Source of the DNA: Amphiscolops sp. MND2022
Taxonomy: Eukaryota
Direction: 5' to 3'
NCBI GenBank assembly: GCA_964187785.1
Contig: OZ076410.1
Coordinates: forward strand, 8,122,001 to 8,186,000
DNA length: 64,000 nucleotides
Part shown: piece by piece, positions 27,101-39,100 of the stretch
How positions within the stretch are numbered: position 1 is the first letter of the stretch
Layout: every line of letters begins with the position of its first letter
The notes under the pieces: model-generated
Database searches by the model: none
The model's input: the letters and a program-made list of their open reading frames with translations, nothing else
Told to the model about the DNA's origin: nothing
Position numbers and translations under genes: made by a program

Positions 27101-30100
27101 TTCCAAAAATGCGATCGCCAGTTTTTCATTCGTTGTAGAATCAGTGAGCTCATTCTTTTCAAGGCCTTCATCTCCGACTTTAGAAAGGACGCGTTTTACA
27201 TCTTCGGGGTGCTTTTTGAGGAACTCGCTAGCAAGTATTGCGTTCCTTGCACCATCACTGAGCTCCTCGGCTCGTACATTTCGTTCAACGTTTTTGATTA
27301 GAACTTGCTCGGCTTCCTCTAGATGCTGCTCCAGGAACTTACTGGCTAATCTTTTGTTTCTAGTATCGTCATTGAGGTCTTCCAGTTTCCAATCTTCTTC
27401 AACCACACTGGCAAGCAATGCTTGCGCTTCTTGAGGATGCTGTTCCAAAAATGCGATCGCCAGTTTCTCATTCGTTGTAGAATCAGTGAGCTCATTCTTT
27501 TCAAGGCCTTCATCTCCGACTTTAGAAAGGACGCGTTTTACATCTTCGGGGTGCTTTTCGAAGAACGCGTTTGCAAGTAATGCGTTCCTTGCACCATCAC
27601 TGAGCTCCTCGGCTCGTACATTTCGTTCAACGTTTTTGGTTAGAACTTGCTCGGCTTCCTCTGGATGCTTCTCCAGGAACTTACTGGCTAACCTTTTATT
27701 TCTAATTTTGTCATTGAGGTCTTCCAGTTTCGAATCTTCTTCAACCACACTGGCAACCAATGCTTGCGCTTCTTGAGGATGCTGTTCCAAAAATGCGATC
27801 GCCAGTTTCGCATTCGTTGTAGAATCAGTGAGCTCATTCTTTTTAAGGCCTTCATCTCCGACTTTAGAAAGGACGCGTTTTACATCTTCGGAGTGCTTTT
27901 TGAGGAACTCGCTAGCAAGTATTGCGTTCCTTGCACCGTCACTGAGCTCCTCGGCTCGTACATTTCGTTCAACGTTTTTGGTTAGAACTTGCTCGGCTTC
28001 CTCTGGATGCTGCTCCAGGAACTTACTGGCTAATCTTTTGTTTCTAGTTTTGTCATTGAGGTCTTCCAGTTTCCAATCTTCTTCAACCACACTGGCAAGC
28101 AATGCTTGCGCTTCTTGAGGATGCTGTTCCAAAAATGAGATCGCCAGTTTCTCATTCGTTGTAGAATCAGTAAGCTCATTCTTTTCAAGGCCTTCATCTC
28201 CGACTTTAGAAAGGACGCGTTTTACATCTTCGGGGTGCTTTTTGAGGAACTCGTTTGCAAGTATTGCGTTCCTTGCACCGTCACTGAGCTCCTCGGCTCG
28301 TACATTTCGTTCAACGTTTTTGGTTAAAACTTGCTCGGCTTCCTCTGGATGCTGCTCCAGGAACTTACTGGCTAATCTTTTGTTTCTAGTTTCGTCATTG
28401 AGGTCTTCCAGTTTCCAATCTTCTTCAACCACACTGGCAAGCAATGCTTGCGCTTCTTGAGGATGCTGTTCCAAAAATGCGATCGCCAGTTTTTCATTCG
28501 ATGTAGAATCAGTGAGCTCATTCTTTTCAAGGCCTTTATCTCCGACTTTAGAAAGGACGCGTTTTACATCTTCGGGGTGCTTTCTGAGGAACTCGCTAGC
28601 AAGTATTGCGTTCCTTGCACCGTCACTTAGCTCCTCGTCTCGTACATTTTGTTCAACGTTTTTGGTTAAAACTTGCTCGGCTTCCTCTGGATGCTGCTCC
28701 AGGAACTTACTGGCTAATCTTTTGTTTCTAGTTTCGTCATTGAGGTCTTCCAGTTTCCAATCTTCTTCAAACACACTGGCAAGCAATGCTTGCGCTTCTT
28801 GAGGATGCTGTTCCAAAAATGCGATCGCCAGTTTTTCATTCGATGTAGAATCAGTGAGCTCATTCTTTTCAAGGCCTTCATCTCCGACTTTAGAAAGGAC
28901 GCGTTTTACATCTTCGGGGTGCTTTCTGAGGAACTCGCTAGCAAGTATTGCGTTCCTTGCACCGTCACTGAGCTCCTCGGCTCGTAAATTTCGTTCAACG
29001 TTTTTGGTGAAAACTTGCTCGGCTTCCTCTGGATGCTGCTCCAGGAACTTACTGGCTAATCTTTTGTTTCTAGTTTCGTCATTGAGGTCTTCCAGTTTCC
29101 AATCTTCTTCAACCACACTGGCAAGCAATGCTTGCGCTTCTTGAGGATGCTGTTCCAAAAATGCGATCGCCAGTTTTTCATTCGTTGTAGAATCAGTGAG
29201 CTCATTCTTTTCAAGGCCTTCATCTCCCACTTTAGAAAGGACGCGTTTTACATCTTCGGGGTGCTTTTTGAGGAACTCGCTAGCAAGTATTGCGTTCCTT
29301 GCACCATCACTGAGCTCCTTGTCTCGTACATTTTGTTCAACGTTTTTGGTTAAAACTTGCTCGGCTTCCTCTGGATGCTGCTCCAGGAACTTACTGGCTA
29401 ATCTTTTGTTTCTAGTTTCGTCATTGAGATCTTCCAGTTTCCAATCTTCTTCAACCACACTGGCAAGCAATGCTTGCGCTTCTTGGGGGTGTTGTTCCAA
29501 AAACGCGATCGCCAGTTTCTCATTCGTTGTAGAATCAGTGAGCTCATTCTTTTCAAGGCCTTCATCTCCGACTTTAGAAAGGACGCGTTTTACATCTTCG
29601 GGGTGCTTTTTGAGGAACTCGCTAGCAAGTATTGCGTTCCTTGCACCGTCACTTAGCTCCTTGTCTCGTACATTTTGTTCAACGTTTTTGGTTAAAACTT
29701 GCTCGGCTTCCTCTGGATGCTGCTCCAGGAACTTACTGGCTAATCTTTTGTTTCTAGTTTCGTCATTGAGGTCTTCCAGTTTCCAATCTTCTTCAACCAC
29801 ACTGGCAAGCAATGCTTGCGCTTCTTGAGGATGCTGTTCCAAAAATGCGATCGCCAGTTTTTCATTCGATGTAGAATCAGTGAGCTCATTCTTTTCAAGG
29901 CCTTCATCTCCCACTTTAGAAAGGACGCGTTTTACACCTTCGGGGTGCTTTCTGAGGAACTCGCTAGCAAGTATTTCGTTCCTTGCACCGTCACTGAGCT
30001 CCTCGGCTCGTACGTTTTGTTCGACGTTTTTGGTTAGAACTTGCTCAGCTTCCTCTGGATGCTGCTCCAGGAGCTTACTGGCTAATCTTTTGTTTCTAGT

Positions 30101-33100
30101 TTCGTCATTGAGATCTTCCAGTTTCCAATCTTCTTCAACCACACTGGCAAGCAATGCTTGCGCTTCTTGGGGGTGTTGTTCCGAAAACGCGATCGCCAGT
30201 TTCTCATTCGTTGTAGAATCAGTGAGCTCATTCTTTTCAAGGCCTTCATCTCCGACTTTAGAAAGGACGCGTTTTACATCTTCGGGGTGCTTTTTGAGGA
30301 ACTCGCTAGCAAGTATTGCGTTCCTTGCACCGTCACTTAGCTCCTCGTCTCGTACATTTTGTTCAACGTTTTTGGTTAAAACTTGCTCGGCTTCCTCTGG
30401 ATGCTGCTCCAGGAACTTACTGGCTAATCTTTTGTTTCTAGTTTCGTCATTGAGGTCTTCCAGTTTCCAATCTTCTTCAACCACACTGGCAAGCAATGCT
30501 TGCGCTTCTTGAGGATGCTGTTCCAAAAATGCGATCGCCAGTTTTTCATTCGATGTAGAATCAGTGAGCTCATTCTTTTCAAGGCCTTCATCTCCGACTT
30601 TAGAAAGGACGCGTTTTACATCTTCGGGGTGCTTTCTGAGGAACTCGCTAGCAAGTATTGCGTTCCTTGCACCGTCACTGAGCTCCTCGGCTCGTACATT
30701 TCGTTCAACGTTTTTGGTGAAAACTTGCTCGGCTTCCTCTGGATGCTGCTCCAGGAACTTACTGGCTAATCTTTTGTTTCTAGTTTCGTCATTGAGGTCT
30801 TCCAGTTTCCAATCTTCTTCAACCACACTGGCAAGCAATGCTTGCGCTTCTTGAGGATGCTGTTCCAAAAATGCGATCGCCAGTTTTTCATTCGTTGTAG
30901 AATCAGTGAGCTCATTCTTTTCAAGGCCTTCATCTCCCACTTTAGAAAGGACGCGTTTTACATCTTCGGGGTGCTTTCTGAGGAACTCGCTAGCAAGTAT
31001 TGCGTTCCTTGCACCGTCACTGAGCTCCTCGGCTCGTACATTTCGTTCAACGTTTTTGGTGAAAACTTGCTCGGCTTCCTCTGGATGCTGCTCCAGGAAG
31101 TTACTGGCTAATCTTTTGTTTCTAGTTTCGTCATTGAGGTCTTCCAGTTTCCAATCTTCTTCAACCACACTGGCAAGCAATGCTTGCGCTTCTTGAGGAT
31201 GCTGTTCCAAAAATGCGATCGCCAGTTTTTCATTCGTTGTAGAATCAGTGAGCTCATTCTTTTCAAGGCCTTCATCTCCGACTCTAGAAAGGACGCGTTT
31301 TACATCTTCGGGGTGCTTTTTGAGGAACTCGCTAGCAAGTATTGCGTTCCTTGCACCGTCACTGAGCTCCTCGGCTCGTACATTTCGTTGAACGTTTTTG
31401 GTTAGAACTTGCTCGGCTTCCTCTGGATGCTGCTCCAGGAACTTACTGGCTAATCGTTTGTTTCTAGTTTCGTCATTGAGGTCTTCCAGTTTCCAATCGT
31501 CTTCAACCACACTGGCAAGCAATGCTTGCGCGTCTTGAGGATGCTGTTCCAAAAATGCGATCGCCAGTTTTTCATTCGTTGTAGAATCAGTGAACTCATT
31601 CTTTTCAAGGCCTTCATCTCCGACTTCAGAAAGGACGCGTTTTACATCTTCGGGGTGCTTTTTGAGGAACTCGCTAGCAAGTATTGCGTTCCTTGCACCG
31701 TCACTTAGCTCCTCGTCTCGTACATTTTGTTCAACGTTTTTGGTTAAAACTTGCTCGGCTTCCTCTGGATGCTGCTCCAGGAACTTACTGGCTAATCTTT
31801 TGTTTCTAGTTTCGTCATTGAGGTCTTCCAGTTTCCAATCTTCTTCAACCACACTGGCAAGCAATGCTTGCGCTTCTTGAGGATGCTGTTCCAAAAATGC
31901 GATCGCCAGTTTTTCATTCGATGTAGAATCAGTGAGCTCATTCTTTTCAAGGCCTTCATCTCCGACTTTAGAAAGGACGCGTTTTACATCTTCGGGGTGC
32001 TTTCTGAGGAACTCGCTAGCAAGTATTGCGTTCCTTGCACCGTCACTGAGCTCCTCGGCTCGTACATTTCGTTCAACGTTTTTGGTGAAAACTTGCTCGG
32101 CTTCCTCTGGATGCTGCTCCAGGAAGTTACTGGCTAATCTTTTGTTTCTAGTTTCGTCATTGAGGTCTTCCAGTTTCCAATCTTCTTCAACCACACTGGC
32201 AAGCAATGCTTGCGCTTCTTGAGGATGCTGTTCCAAAAATGCGATCGCCAGTTTTTCATTCGTTGTAGAATCAGTGAGCTCATTCTTTTCAAGGCCTTCA
32301 TCTCCGACTCTAGAAAGGACACGTTTTACATCTTCGGGGTGCTTTTTGAGGAACTCGCTAGCAAGTATTGCGTTCCTTGCACCGTCACTGAGCTCCTCGG
32401 CTCGTACATTTCGTTGAACGTTTTTGGTTAGAACTTGCTCGGCTTCCTCTGGATGCTGCTCCAGGAACTTACTGGCTAATCGTTTGTTTCTAGTTTCGTC
32501 ATTGAGGTCTTCCAGTTTCCAATCGTCTTCAACCACACTGGCAAGCAATGCTTGCGCGTCTTGAGGATGCTGTTCCAAAAATGCGATCGCCAGTTTTTCA
32601 TTCGTTGTAGAATCAGTGAGCTCATTCTTTTCAAGGCCTTCATCTCCGACTTTAGAAAGGACGCGTTTTACATCTTCGGGGTGCTTTTTGAGGAACTCGC
32701 TAGCAAGTATTGCGTTCCTTGCACCGTCACTGAGCTCCTCGGCTCGTACATTTCGTTCAACGTTTTTGGTTAGAACTTGCTCGGCTTCCTCTGGATGCTG
32801 CTCCAGGAACTTACTGGCTAATCTTTTGTTTCTAGTTTCGTCATTGAGGTCTTCCAGTTTCCATTCTCCTTCAACCACACTGGCAAGCAATGCTTGCGCT
32901 TCTTGAGGATGCTGTTCCAAAAATGCGATCGCCAGTTTCTCATTCGTTGTATAATCAGTGAGCTCATTCTTTTCAAGGCCTTCATCTCCGACTTTAGAAA
33001 GGACGCGTTTTACATCTTCGGGGTGCTTTTTGAGGAACTCGCCAGCAAGTATTGCGTTACTTGCATCATCACTGAGTTCCTGGGCTAGTACATTTCGTTC

Positions 33101-36100
33101 AACGTTTTTGGTTAGAACTTGCTCGGCTTCCTCTGGATGCTGCTCCAGGAACTTGCTGGCTAATCTTTTGTTTCTAGTTTCGTCATTGAGGTCTTCCAGT
33201 TTCCAATCTTCTTCAACCACACTGGCAAGCAATGCTTGCGCTTCTTGAGGATGCTGTTCTAAAAATGCGATCGCCAGATTTTCATTCGTTGTAGAATCAG
33301 TGAGCTCATTCTTTTCAAGGCCTTCATCTCCGACTTTAGAAAGGACGCGTTTTACATCTTTGGGGTGCTTTTTGAGGAACTCGCTAGCAAGTATTGCGTT
33401 ACTTGCATCATCACTGAGTTCCTGGGCTAGTACATTTCGTTCAACGTTTTTGGTTAGAACTTGCTCGGCTTCCTCTGGATGCTGCTCCAGGAACTTACTG
33501 GCTAATCTTTTGTTTCTAGTTTCGTCATTGAGGTCTTCCAGTTTCCATTCTCCTTCAACCACACTGGCAAGCAATGCTTGCGCTTCTTGAGGATGCTGTT
33601 CCAAAAATGCGATCGCCAGTTTTTCATTCGTTGTAGAATCAGTAAGCTCATTCTTTTCAAGGCCTTCATTTCCAACTTTAGAAAGGACGCGTTTTACATC
33701 TTCGGGGTGCTTTTTGAGGAACTCGCTAGCAAGTATTGCGTTACTTGCATCATCACTGAGTTCCTGGGCTAGTACATTCCGTTCAACGTTTTTGGTTAGA
33801 ACTTGCTCGGCTTCCTCTGGATGCTGCTCCAGGAACTTACTGGCTAATCGTTTGTTTCTAGTTTCGTCATTGAGGTCTTCCAGTTTCCAATCTTCTTCAA
33901 TCACACTGGCAAGCAATGCTTGCGCTTCTTGAGGATGCTGTTCCAAAAACGAGATTGCCAGTTTTTCGTTCCGCTCAGAATCAGTGAGCTCCTCATTTTC
34001 AAGACCTCCAGTTCTGTCTTGAGGATTCTCTCTGAGGAACTGATTCGCAAGCAGTTTGCTCGTAGGGTTTTTGCTGTGCTCATCTGGTAAAGTCTTCCTT
34101 TCGATGTTTTTGTTCAGTTTTGCTTCCTCATGCGACTCTGATCTATTGTTCGCTGCTGTTTCAATTTTAGCGACATCATCCAAATGCTCAAGCTCTGTGT
34201 TTCTCCTTGTATCTCCCAAAAAGAGCATCGCTGCGTCAGCTGCTGACTGATTTTTACCGTAGTCTCCTTCATTGGCTTCGCCATTTTCTATTACGCAAGT
34301 TTTTATTCTTTGAGTTGTTGCGTTTTGCAACTGTTTAGAAAAAGTAAATGAGCTTTTGGGGGAGCCGGGGGTTTTTTGAGTGACACGGTGAGCTGTAAAA
34401 TGATAAATGTTTACTACGAGCTCGATAATCAAGGTCAATTGAGGGGTCGAATGCTCTTGCTAATTGTATTTCCTGTCATAGAACGCTAATTTCATAAGTT
34501 TCTTGTTCAAACCGCTTCACTGAAAACAGTTTACGTAAGAAAGTATCGATTAATTCCAAACAATTCCAATTTGTAGTTCAATAGAAGACTTCGTGTATTT
34601 TGCATTTTTATTGCCAGGACTAAAAGAAGTTACTGATGGGAAAATTAACGGCTTCAAGGTACCTCAATTACTACTGAATACTACTGAATGTTTTTGGTGC
34701 TTTACCTCAAAACTAGGCACTGATCGGATTCTAAAACAAGACGTTTATAAAATCTGGATGTAAAATAAAAGAAGCCTTACTTGAATTTTGCGAAGTTGGA
34801 GAATCTTCGACAACTGTAACATCTGCTACTTCCTGCAATTCTTCCATTGTTTTGATGCAACTTGCGTCGTCTAGATCATCCTTTTCTTGGACTTCGTCAG
34901 CCACTGAAGCGTCTAGCGCCTCTTCAGTCTCTTCAGTTGTTTTGACATCTATTTGCTCTTCTGGTTGTTCCTCCTCCTGTTTTTCGAACGAGACGTCGAC
35001 TTTGTCTTCAGCTGTTTCTGATTCTTCAACCACTGTAGCATCTGGTGCCTCTTCAACTTCCTCAGTTGTTTTGACATCAATTTGCTCTTCTGGTTGTTCC
35101 TCCTCCTGTGTTTCGAACGAGACGTCGACTTTGTCTTCAGCTGTTTCTGATTCTTCAACCACTGTAGCATCTGGTGCCTCTTCAGTCTCTTCAGTTGTTT
35201 TGACATCTATTTGCTCTTCTGGTTGTTCCTCCTCCTGTTTTTCGAACGAGACGTCGACTTTGTCTTCAGCTGTTTCTGATTCTTCAACCACTGTAGCATC
35301 TGGTGCCTCTTCAGTCTCTTCAATTGTTTTGACATCAATTTGCTCTTCTGGTTGTTCCTCCTCCTGTGTTTCGAACGAGACGTCGACTTTGTCTTCAGCT
35401 GTTTCTGATTCTTCAACCACTGTAGCATCTGGTGCCTCTTCAGTCTCTTCAGTTGTTTTGACATCTATTTGCTCTTCTGGTTGTTCCTCCTCCTGTTTTT
35501 CGAACGAGACGTCGACTTTGTCTTCAGCTGTTTCTGATTCTTCAACCACTGTAGCATCTGGTGCCTTTTCAGTCTCTTCAATTGTTTTGACATCTATTTG
35601 CTCTTCTGGTTGTTCCTCCTCCTGTGTTCCGAATGAGACGTCAACTTTGTCTTCAGCTGTTTCTGATTCTTCAACCACTGTAGCATCTGGTGCCTCTTCA
35701 GTCTCTTCAGTTGTTTTGACATCTATCTGCTCTTCTGGTTGTTCCTCCTCCTGTGTTTCGAACGAGACGTCGACTTTGTCTTCAGCTGTTTCTGATTCTT
35801 CAAACACTGTAGCATCTGGTGCATCTTCAGTCTCTTCAGTTGTTTTCACATCTATTTGCTCTTCTGGTTGTTCCTCCTCCTGTGATTCGAACGAGACGTC
35901 GACTTTGTCTTCAGCTGTTTCTGATTCTTCAACCACTGTAGCATCTGGTGCCTCTTCAGTCTCTTCAGTTGTTTTGACATCTTTTTGCTCTTCTGGTTTT
36001 TCCTCCTCCTGTGTTTCGAACGAGACGTCGACTTTGTCTTCAGCTGTTTCTGATTCTTCAAACACTGTAGCACCTGGTGCCTCTTCAGTCTCTTCAGTTG

Positions 36101-39100
36101 TTTTGACATCTATCTGCTCTTCTGGTTGTTCCTCCTCCTGTGTTTCGAACGAGACGTCGACTTTGTCTTCAGCTGTTTCTGATTCTTCAAACACTGTAGC
36201 ATCTGGTGCCTCTTCAGTCTCTTCAGTTGTTTTGACATCTATTTGCTCTTCTGGTTGTTCCTCCTCCTGTGTTCCGAACGAGACGTCAACTTTGTCTTCA
36301 GCTGTTTCTGATTCTTCAACCACTGTAGCATCTGGCGCCTCTTCAACTTCCTCAGTTGTTTTGACATCTATTTGCTCTTCTGGTTGTTCCTCCTCCTGTG
36401 TTTCGAACGAGGCGTCGACTTTGTCTTCAGCTGTCTCCGACTCTTCAACCACTGTAGCATCTGGTGCCTCTTCAATTTCCTCAGTTGTTTTGACATCTAT
36501 TTGCTCTTCTGGTTGTTCCTCCTCCTGTGTTTCGAACGAGACGTCGACTTTGTCTTCAGCTGTTTCTGATTCTTCAACCACTGTAGCATCTGGTGCCTCT
36601 TCAACTTCCTCAGTTGTTTGGACATCTATTTGTTCTTCTGGTTGTTCCTCCTCTTGTGTTTCGAACGAGACGTCAACTTTGTTTCCAACTGTCTCTGATT
36701 CTCCAACCACTGTAGCATCTGGTGCGTCTTCAGTCTCTTCAGTTGTTTTGACATCAATTTGCTCTTCTGGTTGTTCCTCCTCCTGCAATTCGAACGAGAC
36801 GTCGACTTTGTCTTCAGCTGTCTCTGATTCTTCAACCACTGTAGCATCTGGTGCCTCTTCAACTTCCTCAGTTGTTTTGACATCTATTTGCTCTTCTGGT
36901 TGTTCCTCCTCCTGTGTGTCGAGCGAGACGTCAACTTTGTCTTCAGCTGTCTCTGATTCTTCAACCACTGTAGCATCTGGTGCCTCTTCAGTCTCTTCAG
37001 TTGTTTTGACATCAATTTCCTCTTCTGGTTGTTCCTCCTCCTGTGTTTCGAGCGAGACGTCAACTTTGTCTTCAGCTGTCTCAGATTCTTCATCAACTGT
37101 AGCATCTGGTGCCTCTTCAGTCTCTTCAGTTGTTTTGACATCAATTTGCTCTTCTGGTTGTTCATCCTCCTGTGTTTCGAACGAGACGTCGACTTTGTCT
37201 TCAGCTGTCTCTGATTCTTCAACCACTGTAGCATCTGGTGCCTCATCAACTTCCTCAGTTGTTTTGACATCAATTTGCTCTTCTGGTTGTTCCTCCTCCT
37301 GCGTTTCGAACGAGACGTCGACTTTGTCTTCAGCTGTCTCTGATTCTTCAACCACTGTAGCATCTGCTGCCTCTTCAGTCTCTTCAGTTGTTTTGACATC
37401 AATTTGCTCTTCTGGTTGTTCCTCCTCCTGCAATTCGAATGAGACGTCGACTTTGTCTTCAGCTGTCTCTGATTCTTCAACCACTGTAGCATCTGGTGCC
37501 TCTTCAACTTCCTCAGTTGTTTTGACATCTATTTGCTCTTCTGGTTGTTCCTCCTCCTGTGTTTCGAGCGAGACGTCAACTTTGTCTTCAGCTGTCTCTG
37601 ATTCTTCAACCACTGTAGCATCTGGTGCCTCTTCAGTCTCTTCAGTTGTTTTGACATCAATTTCCTCTTCTGGTTGTTCCTCCTCCTGTGCTTCGAACGA
37701 GACGTCAACTTTGTCTTCAGCTGTCTCTGATTCTTCAACCACTGTAGCATCTGGTGCCTCTTCAGTCTCTTCAGTTGTTTTGACATCAATTTGCTCTTCT
37801 GGTTGTTCCTCCTCCTGTGTTTCGAACGAGACGTCGCCTTTGTCTTCAGCCGTCTCTGATTCTTCAACCACTGTAGCATCTGGTGCCTCTTCAACTTCCT
37901 CAGTTGTTTTGACATCAATTTGCTCTTCTGGTTGTTCCTCCTCCTGCGTTTCGAACGAGACGTCGACTTTGTCTTCAGCTGTCTCTGATTCTTCAACCAC
38001 TGAAGCATCTGCTGCCTCTTCAGTCTCTTCAGTTGTTTTGACATCAATTTGCTCTTCTGGTTGTTCCTCCTCCTGTTTTTCGAACGAGACGTCGACTTTC
38101 TCTTCAGCTGTTTCTGATTCTTCAACCACTGTAGCATCTAGTGCCTCTTCAACTTCCTCAGTTGTTTTGACATCTATTTGCTCTTCTGGTAGTTCCTCCT
38201 CGTGTGCTTCGAACGAGAAGTCAACTTTGTCTTCAGCTGTCTCTGATTCTTCAACCACTGTAGCATCTGGTGCCTCTTCAGTCTCTTCAGATGTTTTGAC
38301 ATCAATTCGCTCTTCTGGTTGTTCCACCTCCTGTGTTTCGAACGTAACGTCAACTTTGTCTTCAGCCGTCTCTGATTCTTCAACCACTGTAGCATCTGGT
38401 GCCTCTTCAACTTCCTCAGTTGTTTTGACATCAATTTGCTCTTCTGGTTGTTCCTCCTCCTGTGTTTCGAAGGAGACGTCGACTTTGTCTTCAGCTGTCT
38501 CTGATTCTTCAACCACTGTAGCATCTGGTGCCTCTTCAACTTCCTCAGTTGTTTTGACATCAATTTGCTCTTCTGGTTGTTCCTCCTCCTGCGTTTCGAA
38601 CGAGACGTCGATTTTGTCTTCAGCTGTCTCTGATTCTGCAACCACTGTAGCATCTGCTGCCTCTTCAACTTCCTCAGTTGTTTTGATATCTATTTGCTCT
38701 TCTGGTTGTTCCTCCTCCTGTGCTTCGAACGAGACGTCAACTTTGTCTTCAGCTGTCTCTGATTCTTCAACCACTGTAGCATCTGGTGCCCCTTCAGTCT
38801 CTTCAGTTGTTTTGACATCAATTTGCTCTTCTGGTTGTTCCTCCTCCTGTGTTTCGAACGAGACGTCGCCTTTGTCTTCAGCCGTCTCTGATTCTTCAAC
38901 CACTGTAGCATCTGGTGCCTCTTCAACTTCCTCAATTGTTTTGACATCAATTTGCTCTTCTGGTTGTTCTTCCTCCTGTGTTTCGAAGGAGACGTCGACT
39001 TTGTCTTCAGCTGTCTCTGATTCTTCAACCACTGTAGCATCTGGTGCCTCTTCAACTTCTTCAGTTGTTTTGAAATCGGTTTGCTCCTCGGGTTGCTTCC

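Noticed and set aside
10182-33932. Very long Ser-rich plus-strand ORFs (2102 aa, 2604 aa and many 96-aa pieces)
   Set aside because: Shadows of the minus-strand repeat. They break wherever a synonymous CCC to CCT change on the minus strand creates TGA, while the minus frame never breaks.
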